From positions 1,131 to 65,130 of the forward strand of contig CALXRW010000003.1 in assembly GCA_944390965.1 (NCBI GenBank): 64,000 nt of DNA. Direction: 5' to 3'. Each line of letters opens with the position of its first letter. Within the stretch, counting starts at the first letter, position 1. This document shows, piece by piece, positions 9,513 through 18,314 of this stretch. Both the position numbers and the translations under genes were made by a program. The notes beneath the pieces are model-generated. The model ran no database searches, was not told where the DNA came from, and saw nothing but the letters and a program-made list of their open reading frames with translations. This stretch comes from an uncultured Clostridia bacterium (GTDB taxonomy: Bacteria; Bacillota; Clostridia; TANB77; CAG-508).

Positions 9513-9725
9513 ATGAAAACAAATCAGAAAAGTAGAATAGTAGATTATATTAAGCAGTTTGGAAGTATAACAAGTTGGGAAGCATACAACGAATTAGGTA
9601 TTACTCAGCTTGGAGCGAGAATAGATCAGTTACAAAAAGAAGGATACGAGTTTAAAACAGAGTGGGAACACAAAAAGAACAGATATGGAGACGATGTTAG
9701 TTTTAAAAGGTATTATATGGTGTAA
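9513..9725 (+). CDS. Small winged-helix-like DNA-binding protein.
   Basis: 70 aa, IVDYIKQFGSITSWEAYNELGITQLGARIDQLQKEGY. Confidence 0.35.
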   Translation: MKTNQKSRIVDYIKQFGSITSWEAYNELGITQLGARIDQLQKEGYEFKTEWEHKKNRYGDDVSFKRYYMV

Positions 9726-9739
9726 ATTTAGGAGGAATT

Positions 9740-10135
9740 ATGTTAGTAAGAGCAACATTGAAAGAAATTGTAGAACACATAGTAAAGCAAGACATAAAAA
9801 TAACAGATAATTCTTGCTGTGGACAATGTAGCAAATGCGGAGAATGTTGTACTAATTTTCTCCCTGTGACACAAAAAGAAATTGAAACAATACAACAATA
9901 TGTTATAGCAAATAAAATAAGGCCACAAAAGCAAATGCTAGTTATGCAAAATAGATTAACTTGTCCGTATTACAACGGTAAAAAGTGCTTAATATACGAG
10001 GTAAGACCATTAATATGTAAAGAATTTTACTGTTACAAAAAGCCTACAGCGGAGCTTGGTAATAAATTTATGGAAGAGTACATAACGGTTGATATGTGGG
10101 CGGTAGCGGAAGATATAGACAAATATTTTAAATAG
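9740..10135 (+). CDS. YkgJ-family Cys-cluster (Zn/Fe-S) protein.
   Basis: CCGQCSKCGECC ... CPYYNGKKCLIYEVRPLICKEFYC matches the CxxCxxCC...CP...C..RP..C layout of the YkgJ family. Confidence 0.5.
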   Translation: MLVRATLKEIVEHIVKQDIKITDNSCCGQCSKCGECCTNFLPVTQKEIETIQQYVIANKIRPQKQMLVMQNRLTCPYYNGKKCLIYEVRPLICKEFYCYKKPTAELGNKFMEEYITVDMWAVAEDIDKYFK

Positions 10136-10290
10136 GAGAAGGTTATGAGATATCCACAATTAACAGGAAAATGTAGGTTGTGTGGCGGTTGTGCGAGATT
10201 AGAAGATATTAATTTTAAAGGGACAAACAATTGTAAGTACGCAGATGAGTCAATACAACAAATAAAAAGAATTTTAGGAGTTGATAAGAA

Positions 10291-10476
10291 GTGACAGATG
10301 AAATGGTAATAAGGAGATGGAAAGTAGGGTTAAGTAAGTTTACTGTAGCAAAAGAATACATGCAAGAGTATAACAAAGAGGCTATGCGTAAAGGAGAAAA
10401 GAAGATAAATAAAGAACAAGCGCTTGCGCATGTGGAACCAATAATATTCGAACATGAAACAAAAGATTGGAAGTGA
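10291..10476 (+). CDS. Hypothetical protein.
   Basis: ORF track. Confidence 0.3.
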   Translation: MTDEMVIRRWKVGLSKFTVAKEYMQEYNKEAMRKGEKKINKEQALAHVEPIIFEHETKDWK

Positions 10477-10482
10477 AAGTAA

Positions 10483-10872
10483 ATGCTACTAGTAGAGGAA
10501 TTGATGAAATACATGTTAAATTTATTTAATAATACAGCTAAGGATTTAGAGAGAGAGTGCGAAAGATTGAGTCAAAAAGATATGGAATTATCAGATTTAG
10601 ATCATTATATAGAAAATCATGCGTTAAACGCCCCAGAGTTAGCTAGAGTTGTTAGGTTAAGAAAAACACTTAGAGAAGAACGAAGAGAAATTAAAAATAA
10701 CATAGAAATGATGGAGACAATAAAGAAATTTACAGATAAATACAATAACAAGTTAATAACTGGAGATATTGTACAAAATTTAAAAGAACAAAATGAAGTA
10801 AAGAAGAGACACGAAAATCCAAGTTATAAATACAGAACAGATATTTTAGAAAGATTGGAGAATAGGAAATGA
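10483..10872 (+). CDS. Hypothetical coiled-coil protein.
   Basis: ORF track. Confidence 0.35.
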   Translation: MLLVEELMKYMLNLFNNTAKDLERECERLSQKDMELSDLDHYIENHALNAPELARVVRLRKTLREERREIKNNIEMMETIKKFTDKYNNKLITGDIVQNLKEQNEVKKRHENPSYKYRTDILERLENRK

Positions 10873-11276
10873 AGTATGGTTTTGAGATAAAAGAAAAAGC
10901 AATTGGAAAAGAAAGACCACGATATAGTGCTAGAACACATAGAATGTACACTCCTACTAAAACAAGTAGTTTTGAAGAAAAAGTACAATGGGCATTTAAG
11001 AGTAAATATAATATACAAACAGAACCTAGCATAAAGCCATTTAGAGCGAAAATAATAGCTGTTTTTGAACCACCAAAAAGTATAAGCAAAAAAAAGAGAG
11101 AAGAATTGTTATATGGAGAATATACTAAGAAACCAGATTCCGACAATGTAGCTAAAGCAATTCTAGATAGTTTAAATGGACTAGTTTACAAGGATGATAA
11201 TCAAATTTCTGAATTGCTGGTACTAAAACATTATGGGGACGAGAATAAAATTTTAGTGGAGTTGGAGGAGCTATGA
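10869..11276 (+). CDS. rusA: RusA-family Holliday junction resolvase.
   Basis: KPDSDNVAKAILDSLNGLVYKDDNQISEL matches the RusA core (D..N..K...D.L.G..Y.DD.Q). Confidence 0.8.
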   Translation: MKYGFEIKEKAIGKERPRYSARTHRMYTPTKTSSFEEKVQWAFKSKYNIQTEPSIKPFRAKIIAVFEPPKSISKKKREELLYGEYTKKPDSDNVAKAILDSLNGLVYKDDNQISELLVLKHYGDENKILVELEEL

Positions 11277-11683
11277 GTAACAAGAAAGCAAGACAGGCAT
11301 TAGAGAAAATATACGGAAAAGGTTGCATGATGGAGAAAGCTGGCATTAGGAAAATAACAGGAGTAAAGAAGCAAGATAGACAGATTACATACCACCACTT
11401 AAGACCAAAAAGGCTAGGTGGACAGGCTACGGTGGAGAACGGAGCAAACTTGGCTAAGTACAATCATGAGTGGCTAGAGAGTTTAAGTGTACAGCAAAGA
11501 GAAAAAATAAACAACCAACTAAGAGAGTATAAAGCTAGCATAATAGAATTTAACACAGATGGCGTGGTACAAGCAAAACAGTTTAATGTGGACATGTCTA
11601 AATGTATAGAGATTCCATTAAAATACAACAGAGCCAAGTTAAAACAAGATTTGATAAGAAGATTGGAGGAGTTGGAGATATGA
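11273..11683 (+). CDS. HNH endonuclease.
   Basis: ITYHHLRPKRLGGQATVENGANLAKYNHEWL gives an HH...N...N...H arrangement. Confidence 0.5.
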   Translation: MSNKKARQALEKIYGKGCMMEKAGIRKITGVKKQDRQITYHHLRPKRLGGQATVENGANLAKYNHEWLESLSVQQREKINNQLREYKASIIEFNTDGVVQAKQFNVDMSKCIEIPLKYNRAKLKQDLIRRLEELEI

Positions 11684-11820
11684 AAACATGCAGATATTGT
11701 TTAAAACTAGCTTGCGAGAGAAGAAACGACAGCAACGAGTATTGTAAAGAATGTGTGACGGAAGTGGAAAATGAAATTAGAAAAGTTGATAAAGGAGTTG
11801 CGGTTGGATATGACAGTTAG
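11680..11820 (+). CDS. Small zinc-finger protein (CxxC...CxxC).
   Basis: GGAGGagttggagatATG, then MKTCRYCLKLACERRNDSNEYCKECV. Confidence 0.3.
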   Translation: MKTCRYCLKLACERRNDSNEYCKECVTEVENEIRKVDKGVAVGYDS

Positions 11821-11995
11821 AGAGTTTTTAAAAGACATTTTAAATAAAAAAACAAGAAAGAAAAAAATTCAAGTAAGGTATGGAGCAGGACGTTATACTT
11901 TTTATATGGAAGATTTTGAATTTATAAAAGATACAAATGGAACAGGATTGCGTATAGGAAAAATTTTAGATGATGAAATAGAGGTGTTGAAATGA
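11771..11995 (+). CDS. Hypothetical protein.
   Basis: ORF track. The start may be M14 at 11810. Confidence 0.3.
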   Translation: MKLEKLIKELRLDMTVREFLKDILNKKTRKKKIQVRYGAGRYTFYMEDFEFIKDTNGTGLRIGKILDDEIEVLK

Positions 11996-12384
11996 ATAAT
12001 AAAACAAGCGACAAGAATGTCGATAGTATAGAAAAAGACATAGAAAGATGTAAACAATTAACAAAACCAGAACATGCAAATTGGATAGGAATTAGTAATC
12101 AGTTAGCAATAGCACATATCTTAGCAGAGCGAGAGCAAGACAAAGAGCGAATAAAAGAGCTAGAAGAAGAAAGAGACCATTGGCATGGTTGTTTTATAGT
12201 AGCAATGGAAAACAGTATAGCAAAGGAAAAAGTAATAGACGTAATACAAGAATGCAAAGACAAAGTAGAACAATACAATGAATATAAGGAACAAGGCAAA
12301 GAAACAGAGGTAGAATATTACGAAAATATAGCAAATACTATTGTTGTACAGGTTTTACAAGAACTTTTAGAAGGAGAGAAATAG
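11992..12384 (+). CDS. Hypothetical protein.
   Basis: ORF track. Confidence 0.4.
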   Translation: MNNKTSDKNVDSIEKDIERCKQLTKPEHANWIGISNQLAIAHILAEREQDKERIKELEEERDHWHGCFIVAMENSIAKEKVIDVIQECKDKVEQYNEYKEQGKETEVEYYENIANTIVVQVLQELLEGEK

Positions 12385-12386
12385 AA

Positions 12387-12590
12387 ATGTGTAGATGTTG
12401 TGAGGCGATAAAAGAACTGAAAGATATAGAAAACGGACAAGATGAAATACCAAATATAAAGCATTTTTTAAAAGCAAGATTAACAAGTATAACTAGAAAA
12501 AAAGGAATAAAAAAAGAGATTGGAGTAATTAACTTCGACTCTTACGACTTAAACTACTGCCCAATGTGTGGAAGGAGGCTGGGAGAGTGA
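12387..12590 (+). CDS. Zinc-ribbon protein.
   Basis: MCRCCEAIKE ... YCPMCGRRL. Confidence 0.35.
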   Translation: MCRCCEAIKELKDIENGQDEIPNIKHFLKARLTSITRKKGIKKEIGVINFDSYDLNYCPMCGRRLGE

Positions 12591-12757
12591 ATAAAGAGGA
12601 AGTAGTACAAAGACTAAAATTTACATCTGATGAAATAGATAAGGATATAAAGAGATTTGAAGAAACGAATAATTTTGAATATATTTATGATTACAATATT
12701 TATTCTACAAAAGAATTTATAGACGAATTAATTAATGCGATGGAGGACAAGCAATGA
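12566..12757 (+). CDS. Hypothetical protein.
   Basis: ORF track. Confidence 0.3.
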   Translation: MWKEAGRVNKEEVVQRLKFTSDEIDKDIKRFEETNNFEYIYDYNIYSTKEFIDELINAMEDKQ

Positions 12758-13131
12758 CAACTGAACAAAGAGAAGCGATAGATAGATTAGGTTATTTACT
12801 TAAAAAAGGCAAATATGGAGTTGTAGGCAAAATGCTTTTATACGACGATTACTATATGCTAAAGAATGTACTAGAAGTAGTAGAAAATCAAGAACAAAAA
12901 ATAATAGAACAGCAAGAGGAGATAAAGAACTTACAGAAAGAACTAAACGAAGAAAATAAAAGATGTATGATTTTAGCAAACAAGGATAAATTCAAAGAGC
13001 AAGTAATAGACTTAATGACAGAAACATTTTATAAAAGATTTAAAGCGGAGTTGTTAATAGAATATGGATTTGAAAACGAAGAACAGTTAAAACAATGTTT
13101 TGCAAACAAAGTGAACAGTAAAATACAGTAA
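12754..13131 (+). CDS. Hypothetical protein.
   Basis: ORF track. Confidence 0.4.
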   Translation: MTTEQREAIDRLGYLLKKGKYGVVGKMLLYDDYYMLKNVLEVVENQEQKIIEQQEEIKNLQKELNEENKRCMILANKDKFKEQVIDLMTETFYKRFKAELLIEYGFENEEQLKQCFANKVNSKIQ

Positions 13132-13160
13132 AGTACAGTAAAAAATAAAAGGAGTAGAGT

Positions 13161-13553
13161 ATGTTAAGAATAGCAGAATACAATAAAATAACAGGAGAAA
13201 AGGTAGATTTAAATATATTTATAGAACAGTACGGATTTAAAGCAGAATATGATAAAGAGACAGGAGAATTAATAGAATTATATAGAATTAATGGTTTCTA
13301 CTTAGGAGAAAAAACGAGAAGAAGAAAAAGTACAACAATTAGTAAACAACAAAATAATGATAATTGCTGGAAATATAATGGAGACATGAAAAATTATTGG
13401 CTCATAGAACCTATTTCAAGATTATTTAAATGCAAAAAGCATTGTGGAAATTGTCATATTTTGAATTTAGATGAAGAGGACTATGAAATATTATACGATT
13501 TAATTCAAGCAGGATTAGTAGAAAAAGGAGTAGAGAAAAATGGAAGATTATAA
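13161..13553 (+). CDS. Hypothetical protein.
   Basis: ORF track. Confidence 0.4.
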   Translation: MLRIAEYNKITGEKVDLNIFIEQYGFKAEYDKETGELIELYRINGFYLGEKTRRRKSTTISKQQNNDNCWKYNGDMKNYWLIEPISRLFKCKKHCGNCHILNLDEEDYEILYDLIQAGLVEKGVEKNGRL

Positions 13554-14082
13554 ATTTTTTAATACAGTAGAAATATTAGATTTTTTAGGAATTAAATACA
13601 ATTTTGAAAATAACGAAGGTAGGCAATATCCTTTTAAGGATAAACCTAGCGATATACTTTTTAATGATGGCTATATAACTATACCAAGAGAAGGAATTGA
13701 AAAAATAATACAAAATAAAATATCAGATAAAGATTATAGTGGTATTTTAAAAGAAATAAAAATGTTAGTACATATACCATTTTACTGTAAAAGAACAAAG
13801 AATACAGGGACAATAATTGTAAATGTATCAGTTGGTTTTAGATATGATAAAGAATATAAATACGGAGATGTTACAAAATCATTACCAGAAGTATGTTACG
13901 CAATAGAAAAATATGGAAGGAAAACAAACGATTTTTACATAATATATGATGAATTTAATTATTTTATGAGCAATTATGTAATGGATACACAATGGGGAAT
14001 TGGTGCTATGGAAGTAGTATCAAGTCCGCAAATAGAGATTGACGATAATTTCAAAGAAGTTAGAGATGATGAAATGTTTTAA
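13540..14082 (+). CDS. Hypothetical protein.
   Basis: ORF track. Confidence 0.4.
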   Translation: MEDYKFFNTVEILDFLGIKYNFENNEGRQYPFKDKPSDILFNDGYITIPREGIEKIIQNKISDKDYSGILKEIKMLVHIPFYCKRTKNTGTIIVNVSVGFRYDKEYKYGDVTKSLPEVCYAIEKYGRKTNDFYIIYDEFNYFMSNYVMDTQWGIGAMEVVSSPQIEIDDNFKEVRDDEMF

Positions 14083-14099
14083 AAAGAAAGGGAGTAGTT

Positions 14100-14450
14100 A
14101 TGGATATTAAAGTAGGAGAATTTGTAATTAATCAAAACAGATTAGTTATAGGACAAATAATAGCAATAGACAAAGAAGAGCAAGAGGCAATACTAAAGAT
14201 AGAAGAAGGAGAAATACCAATAGGCTTTTGGAATATAAAGAAACACAGCTTTAATCTAGTAGACCTAATTGAAGTAGAAGATATAGTTGTAATGTTAGAT
14301 ACAAAATTTAATACAAAAGATTATATCTTTATAGATGATAAAGAAATGCTAAAAGCAGTAAAAGAAGATTTAAAAGATAGATGTAAATTATTAGAAGTAT
14401 TAACACACGAACAGTTTGAAGCTAACTGTTACAAAATAAAACAAAAATAA
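14100..14450 (+). CDS. Hypothetical protein.
   Basis: ORF track. Confidence 0.4.
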   Translation: MDIKVGEFVINQNRLVIGQIIAIDKEEQEAILKIEEGEIPIGFWNIKKHSFNLVDLIEVEDIVVMLDTKFNTKDYIFIDDKEMLKAVKEDLKDRCKLLEVLTHEQFEANCYKIKQK

Positions 14451-14622
14451 GAAAGTTGGGAGATATGAAAATAACAAAACAAGACATTAAAACATTAAAT
14501 AAAATAAAAAAGATGTGCGACAAACTAGGTTGTGAGGAATGTATTTTTAATTACCAAAATAGGAGATGTATATTAGATAATCAACCGAATTGGTGGGAGA
14601 TAGAAAAAGTGGAGGGATAAAG

Positions 14623-15036
14623 ATGAGAGATATAAAATTTAGAGTTTGGGATAAAGAAACTAAACATATGCATATATGTGGAGAAGATGTGCACGATACA
14701 ATAAATTTTGAAATTGAAACAAATAGAGCATATTATTATAATTTACAGAATGGTTGCGGTTCTTTAAGAGAAGATAGCGATTACGTTTTAATGCAATACA
14801 CAGGACTAAAAGATAAAAACGGAAAAGAAATATATGAGGGAGATATAATTAAAATTTGTGCAGAAGGACTTGGAGGAGAAGCAATAGGGAAAATTGTATA
14901 CGATGAATATGATTTAGCTTTTGTATTAAAAAATGAAGTAGAAGAATTAAGCGAATGTTTATGGTATGCAGAGCAACAATTAGAAGTAATAGGCAACATA
15001 TATGACAACCCAGAATTATTAAAGGAAGGAGAATAA
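14623..15036 (+). CDS. YopX-family phage protein.
   Basis: MRDIKFRVWDK ... QYTGLKDKNGKEIYEGDII. The start was taken behind gtggaggg. Confidence 0.7.
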   Translation: MRDIKFRVWDKETKHMHICGEDVHDTINFEIETNRAYYYNLQNGCGSLREDSDYVLMQYTGLKDKNGKEIYEGDIIKICAEGLGGEAIGKIVYDEYDLAFVLKNEVEELSECLWYAEQQLEVIGNIYDNPELLKEGE

Positions 15037-15038
15037 AA

Positions 15039-15290
15039 ATGACGATACAAACAAAACATAAAATAGGAGACAGAGTGTGGATAGTGTACGAAAATAGGGG
15101 CGAAGTTTGTATATACGATGATTACATAGACGAAATATGTGTAAATGAAAATGGAGCGTATTATATGCTAAAAGAAGCTTGTATAGATAGAGAAGAAGAA
15201 GACATTGTTTTATATGAAGACACGGACAAGCTAGCAGAGAAAATAAAGCAAACTATGGAGAACATAAGAGAAAAAGAGAAAAACACATGA
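15039..15290 (+). CDS. Hypothetical protein.
   Basis: ORF track. Confidence 0.35.
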   Translation: MTIQTKHKIGDRVWIVYENRGEVCIYDDYIDEICVNENGAYYMLKEACIDREEEDIVLYEDTDKLAEKIKQTMENIREKEKNT

Positions 15291-15304
15291 AAAGGAGTGG
15301 TGTT

Positions 15305-15508
15305 ATGGTAAGCATAAGAAGAAGTTACGCTGGATTATACAACAAATTTGAAGAACTAGCAGAACTAGTTGAGAGAACGGAAGATAAAATAGCAGACAAT
15401 AAATTTAAAGAAGAAGACAAGTATTTAATATTTAAAAAAGTAGATGAGCTTAAATACAAATTAAATGTATTTAAGGGAAGCGTGAGAGATATAAAAATAT
15501 TAAAATAG
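15305..15508 (+). CDS. Hypothetical protein.
   Basis: ORF track. The start is at M7. Confidence 0.3.
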   Translation: MVSIRRSYAGLYNKFEELAELVERTEDKIADNKFKEEDKYLIFKKVDELKYKLNVFKGSVRDIKILK

Positions 15509-15523
15509 GAGGTACGAAAGAAT

Positions 15524-15940
15524 ATGGGGAGAAGCAATTACAAAGTGCCAAGATGGGTAAAGAAAAAAATTGAAAATGAACTTTATCAATATTGGGATAA
15601 CAAAAAAGAACTAGAAGAAATGCAACGAGAAATAATAGACAGTTCTCCAGAACCATCAGACGGACAACCTAGAGGAAATGGAACATCAAATCCAACAGAA
15701 CAAAAAGCAATAAAGCTAAGGACAGCCAGAAGCATTTTGATCGTCGAAAGAAAGCTGAAATATGTAGAAAATGCAATTGCTAGGCTAAATGAAGATGAGA
15801 AAGAAATATTTGAAATAATTTTTAAGGAAAAACATAATCAGAGAATGGCAGAAACTTATAAGTACATATCAAAAGATACTTACTATAATACATTTAACAA
15901 GATAATATATTACACAGCAGTAGAATTTGGAGAAGTTTAA
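15524..15940 (+). CDS. ArpU/RinA-like late-gene transcriptional activator (sigma region-4-like).
   Basis: 138 aa. It lies immediately upstream of the packaging genes and has a C-terminal HTH, ETYKYISKDTYYNTFNKIIYY. Confidence 0.5.
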   Translation: MGRSNYKVPRWVKKKIENELYQYWDNKKELEEMQREIIDSSPEPSDGQPRGNGTSNPTEQKAIKLRTARSILIVERKLKYVENAIARLNEDEKEIFEIIFKEKHNQRMAETYKYISKDTYYNTFNKIIYYTAVEFGEV

Positions 15941-16017
15941 AAAATTTTTATATGGTACGAAAAAAGTACGAAAAATAGCCCTATAAAATGTGTTATTATT
16001 AAATTAATGAAAATAGA

Positions 16018-16052
16018 TTAGAAGAGCTTATCCAGATAGGCTCTTTTATTAT
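16018..16052 (+). terminator. Rho-independent terminator after the late activator (approximate).
   Basis: aagagcttatccagataggctctttTATT. A second hairpin, aagacgattctagttaagtcttTTTTTT, lies at ~16107-16137. Confidence 0.4.
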
Positions 16053-16142
16053 GCTATTAACGATACTAGATAAGTTAATATATATAAAACTTCCTTACTT
16101 TTAAGACGATTCTAGTTAAGTCTTTTTTTAAAGGAGGCACAA

Positions 16143-16352
16143 ATGAAGAGTTATATTGCAGAAGAAATAGATAGAGAATATAAAATTAAAAAGAGCTATA
16201 TAGATAGAATGGATAAATTTAAAGAAGGGCATTGTTACAAATGCAAAAATAAAAACAAGAATTTATGTCACGTGGTTGTTCAAATTAATGGAAAAGGGAA
16301 TTGCGCGTATTTTGAAGAGGTGAGTGATAATGAGAGGAAAAAAAACGGATAA
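16143..16352 (+). CDS. Small Cys-containing protein.
   Basis: ORF track, HCYKCKNKNKNLCH... Confidence 0.35.
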   Translation: MKSYIAEEIDREYKIKKSYIDRMDKFKEGHCYKCKNKNKNLCHVVVQINGKGNCAYFEEVSDNERKKNG

Positions 16353-16707
16353 TGAGACAATATACAAAGTGATGGTTTCTGTTTTTGCGACGGGCAATTA
16401 TAACGAAACAGCAAGACAGCTCAAAATGCCTGTAAACACAGTAGAAGACATATACAAAAAAAACATAGAAAAAGAAGAATTTGTAAAACTTCGTACGAAA
16501 AAGCAAGATGAATTTGCAGAAAGAGCTACAAGGATAATAGACAAAGCGTTAAATAGATTAGAAGAATCTTTAGATGATAAAGAAGAAAAACTTGCGATAA
16601 ATAATTTATCTACGGTAATTGGAACATTGTATGATAAAAGGGCGTTAGCAAGAGGAGATAGCACAGAAAATTCTAAATTAGATATTAATATAACGGTAGT
16701 AGAATAA
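16330..16707 (+). CDS. Terminase small subunit.
   Basis: It sits directly upstream of and overlapping terL (taATGa). It has an HTH-like N-terminus plus a coiled coil. Confidence 0.55.
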   Translation: MRGKKTDNETIYKVMVSVFATGNYNETARQLKMPVNTVEDIYKKNIEKEEFVKLRTKKQDEFAERATRIIDKALNRLEESLDDKEEKLAINNLSTVIGTLYDKRALARGDSTENSKLDINITVVE

Positions 16708-18059
16708 TGAGTGAAATAAATTTTGAAATTACAAAAAAACAAAAAGCATTTATGGATAGTATAGCTTTCGAAACACTATTTGGAGGGGCTGCAGGAGGAG
16801 GAAAGTCATACGGGCAATTATTAGATGCTTTTTTATATGCAATGAAATATCAAAAAAGCAAACAAATAATTTTTAGAAGAACATTCCCGGACTTGGAAAA
16901 ATCTTTAATTCGTGTTAGTTTAGAAAAGTATCCAAGAAATGTAGCAACTTATAATGATAGCAAGCACGTGTGGAAATTTAAAAACGGAAGTATTTTCGAT
17001 TTTGGATATATCGACAATGAAAAAGATGTTTATCAGTATCAGTCTGCGGAATATGATGTAATTAGATTTGATGAGTTAACACATTTTACAGAATATATGT
17101 ATCTATATATGATTTCTAGATGTAGAGGTGCTAACCCTTATCCGAAAGGAATAAAAAGCACCACAAACCCTGGAGGAATAGGACATGGCTGGGTAAAAGA
17201 AAGATTTATCGATGTAGGAGCGCCAAATGTTATACACAAATGTCAGCTTACGGAAGAGAACAAAACCGTATCTACAAGAATATTTATTCCAAGTTTGTTG
17301 CAAGATAATAAGTTCTTATTGCAATCTGATCCGGATTATATTAATAGGTTAGATAATTTACCAAAAAAAGAAAGAGAAGCATTAAAGTATGGAGATTGGG
17401 ATATTTTTGATGGTAAATTTTTTACAGAATTTAAAAGAGATGTACATGTAATAGAACCATTCAAAATTCCAAATGATTGGCATAAATATTTTGTAATGGA
17501 TTATGGATTAGATATGTTGGCGGGATATTGGATAGCTGTTGATTTTAACAAGAATGCTTATGTGTATCGAGAAGTATATCAACCCAATTTGCTTGTATCT
17601 CAGGCAAGGGATTTAATAAAGAACAAAACAGAAGAAGATATATATATGTATTTGGCACCTCCAGATATGTGGAACAGACATAAAGAAACAGGAAAAAGCA
17701 CAGCGGATATATTTGCAGAAGGTGGAATTTATTTATATAAAACAAACAATGACAGAGTACAAGGTTGGAAGCAAGTAAAAGAGTGGTTAAAAGTTTACAA
17801 GGATGAACAAGGTTGTGATACAGCTAAATTAAAAATTTTTAATACTTGTAGTAATTTAATTCGTTGCATTCCACAATTGGTGCACGATGATAAGAATTAT
17901 GAGGACGTGGCAACAGAGCCACATGAAATAACACATGCACCAGATGCATTAAGAGGCTTTTGTGTTTATTGGACACAAGAGCCTATTTTTGTGCCAGAAA
18001 ATAAAGAATTACCGTTTGAATTACAAACAGACGAACCAGATCAAGAAGTTTGGTGGTAG
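16707..18059 (+). CDS. Terminase large subunit (PBSX/Terminase_3-like).
   Basis: Walker A is LFGGAAGGGKSYGQ. It is 450 aa and sits in the packaging position. Confidence 0.9.
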   Translation: MSEINFEITKKQKAFMDSIAFETLFGGAAGGGKSYGQLLDAFLYAMKYQKSKQIIFRRTFPDLEKSLIRVSLEKYPRNVATYNDSKHVWKFKNGSIFDFGYIDNEKDVYQYQSAEYDVIRFDELTHFTEYMYLYMISRCRGANPYPKGIKSTTNPGGIGHGWVKERFIDVGAPNVIHKCQLTEENKTVSTRIFIPSLLQDNKFLLQSDPDYINRLDNLPKKEREALKYGDWDIFDGKFFTEFKRDVHVIEPFKIPNDWHKYFVMDYGLDMLAGYWIAVDFNKNAYVYREVYQPNLLVSQARDLIKNKTEEDIYMYLAPPDMWNRHKETGKSTADIFAEGGIYLYKTNNDRVQGWKQVKEWLKVYKDEQGCDTAKLKIFNTCSNLIRCIPQLVHDDKNYEDVATEPHEITHAPDALRGFCVYWTQEPIFVPENKELPFELQTDEPDQEVWW

Positions 18060-18068
18060 GAGGAAAAG

Positions 18069-18311
18069 ATGATATTGATAGCTGTTATTATTGGATATTT
18101 ATTGGGAGTGTTGCCATTTGTTTGCCCTAAAATAATCCAAATAATTAAAGAAAAAGATGAAATGAAAATAAAAGAAAATAATAGTAATATGCAAGAAGAA
18201 ATTTTAAACGAATGGCTTAATGGCAATACAAACAATGAAGACAAAAATATTAACCAAGAGGATATTTTTAAAGAATATATTACAGGAAAAGTAGTTAAGA
18301 AAGGAGCCTAA
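18069..18311 (+). CDS. Small membrane protein.
   Basis: MILIAVIIGYLLGVLPFVCPKI. Confidence 0.3.
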   Translation: MILIAVIIGYLLGVLPFVCPKIIQIIKEKDEMKIKENNSNMQEEILNEWLNGNTNNEDKNINQEDIFKEYITGKVVKKGA

Positions 18312-18314
18312 GAC

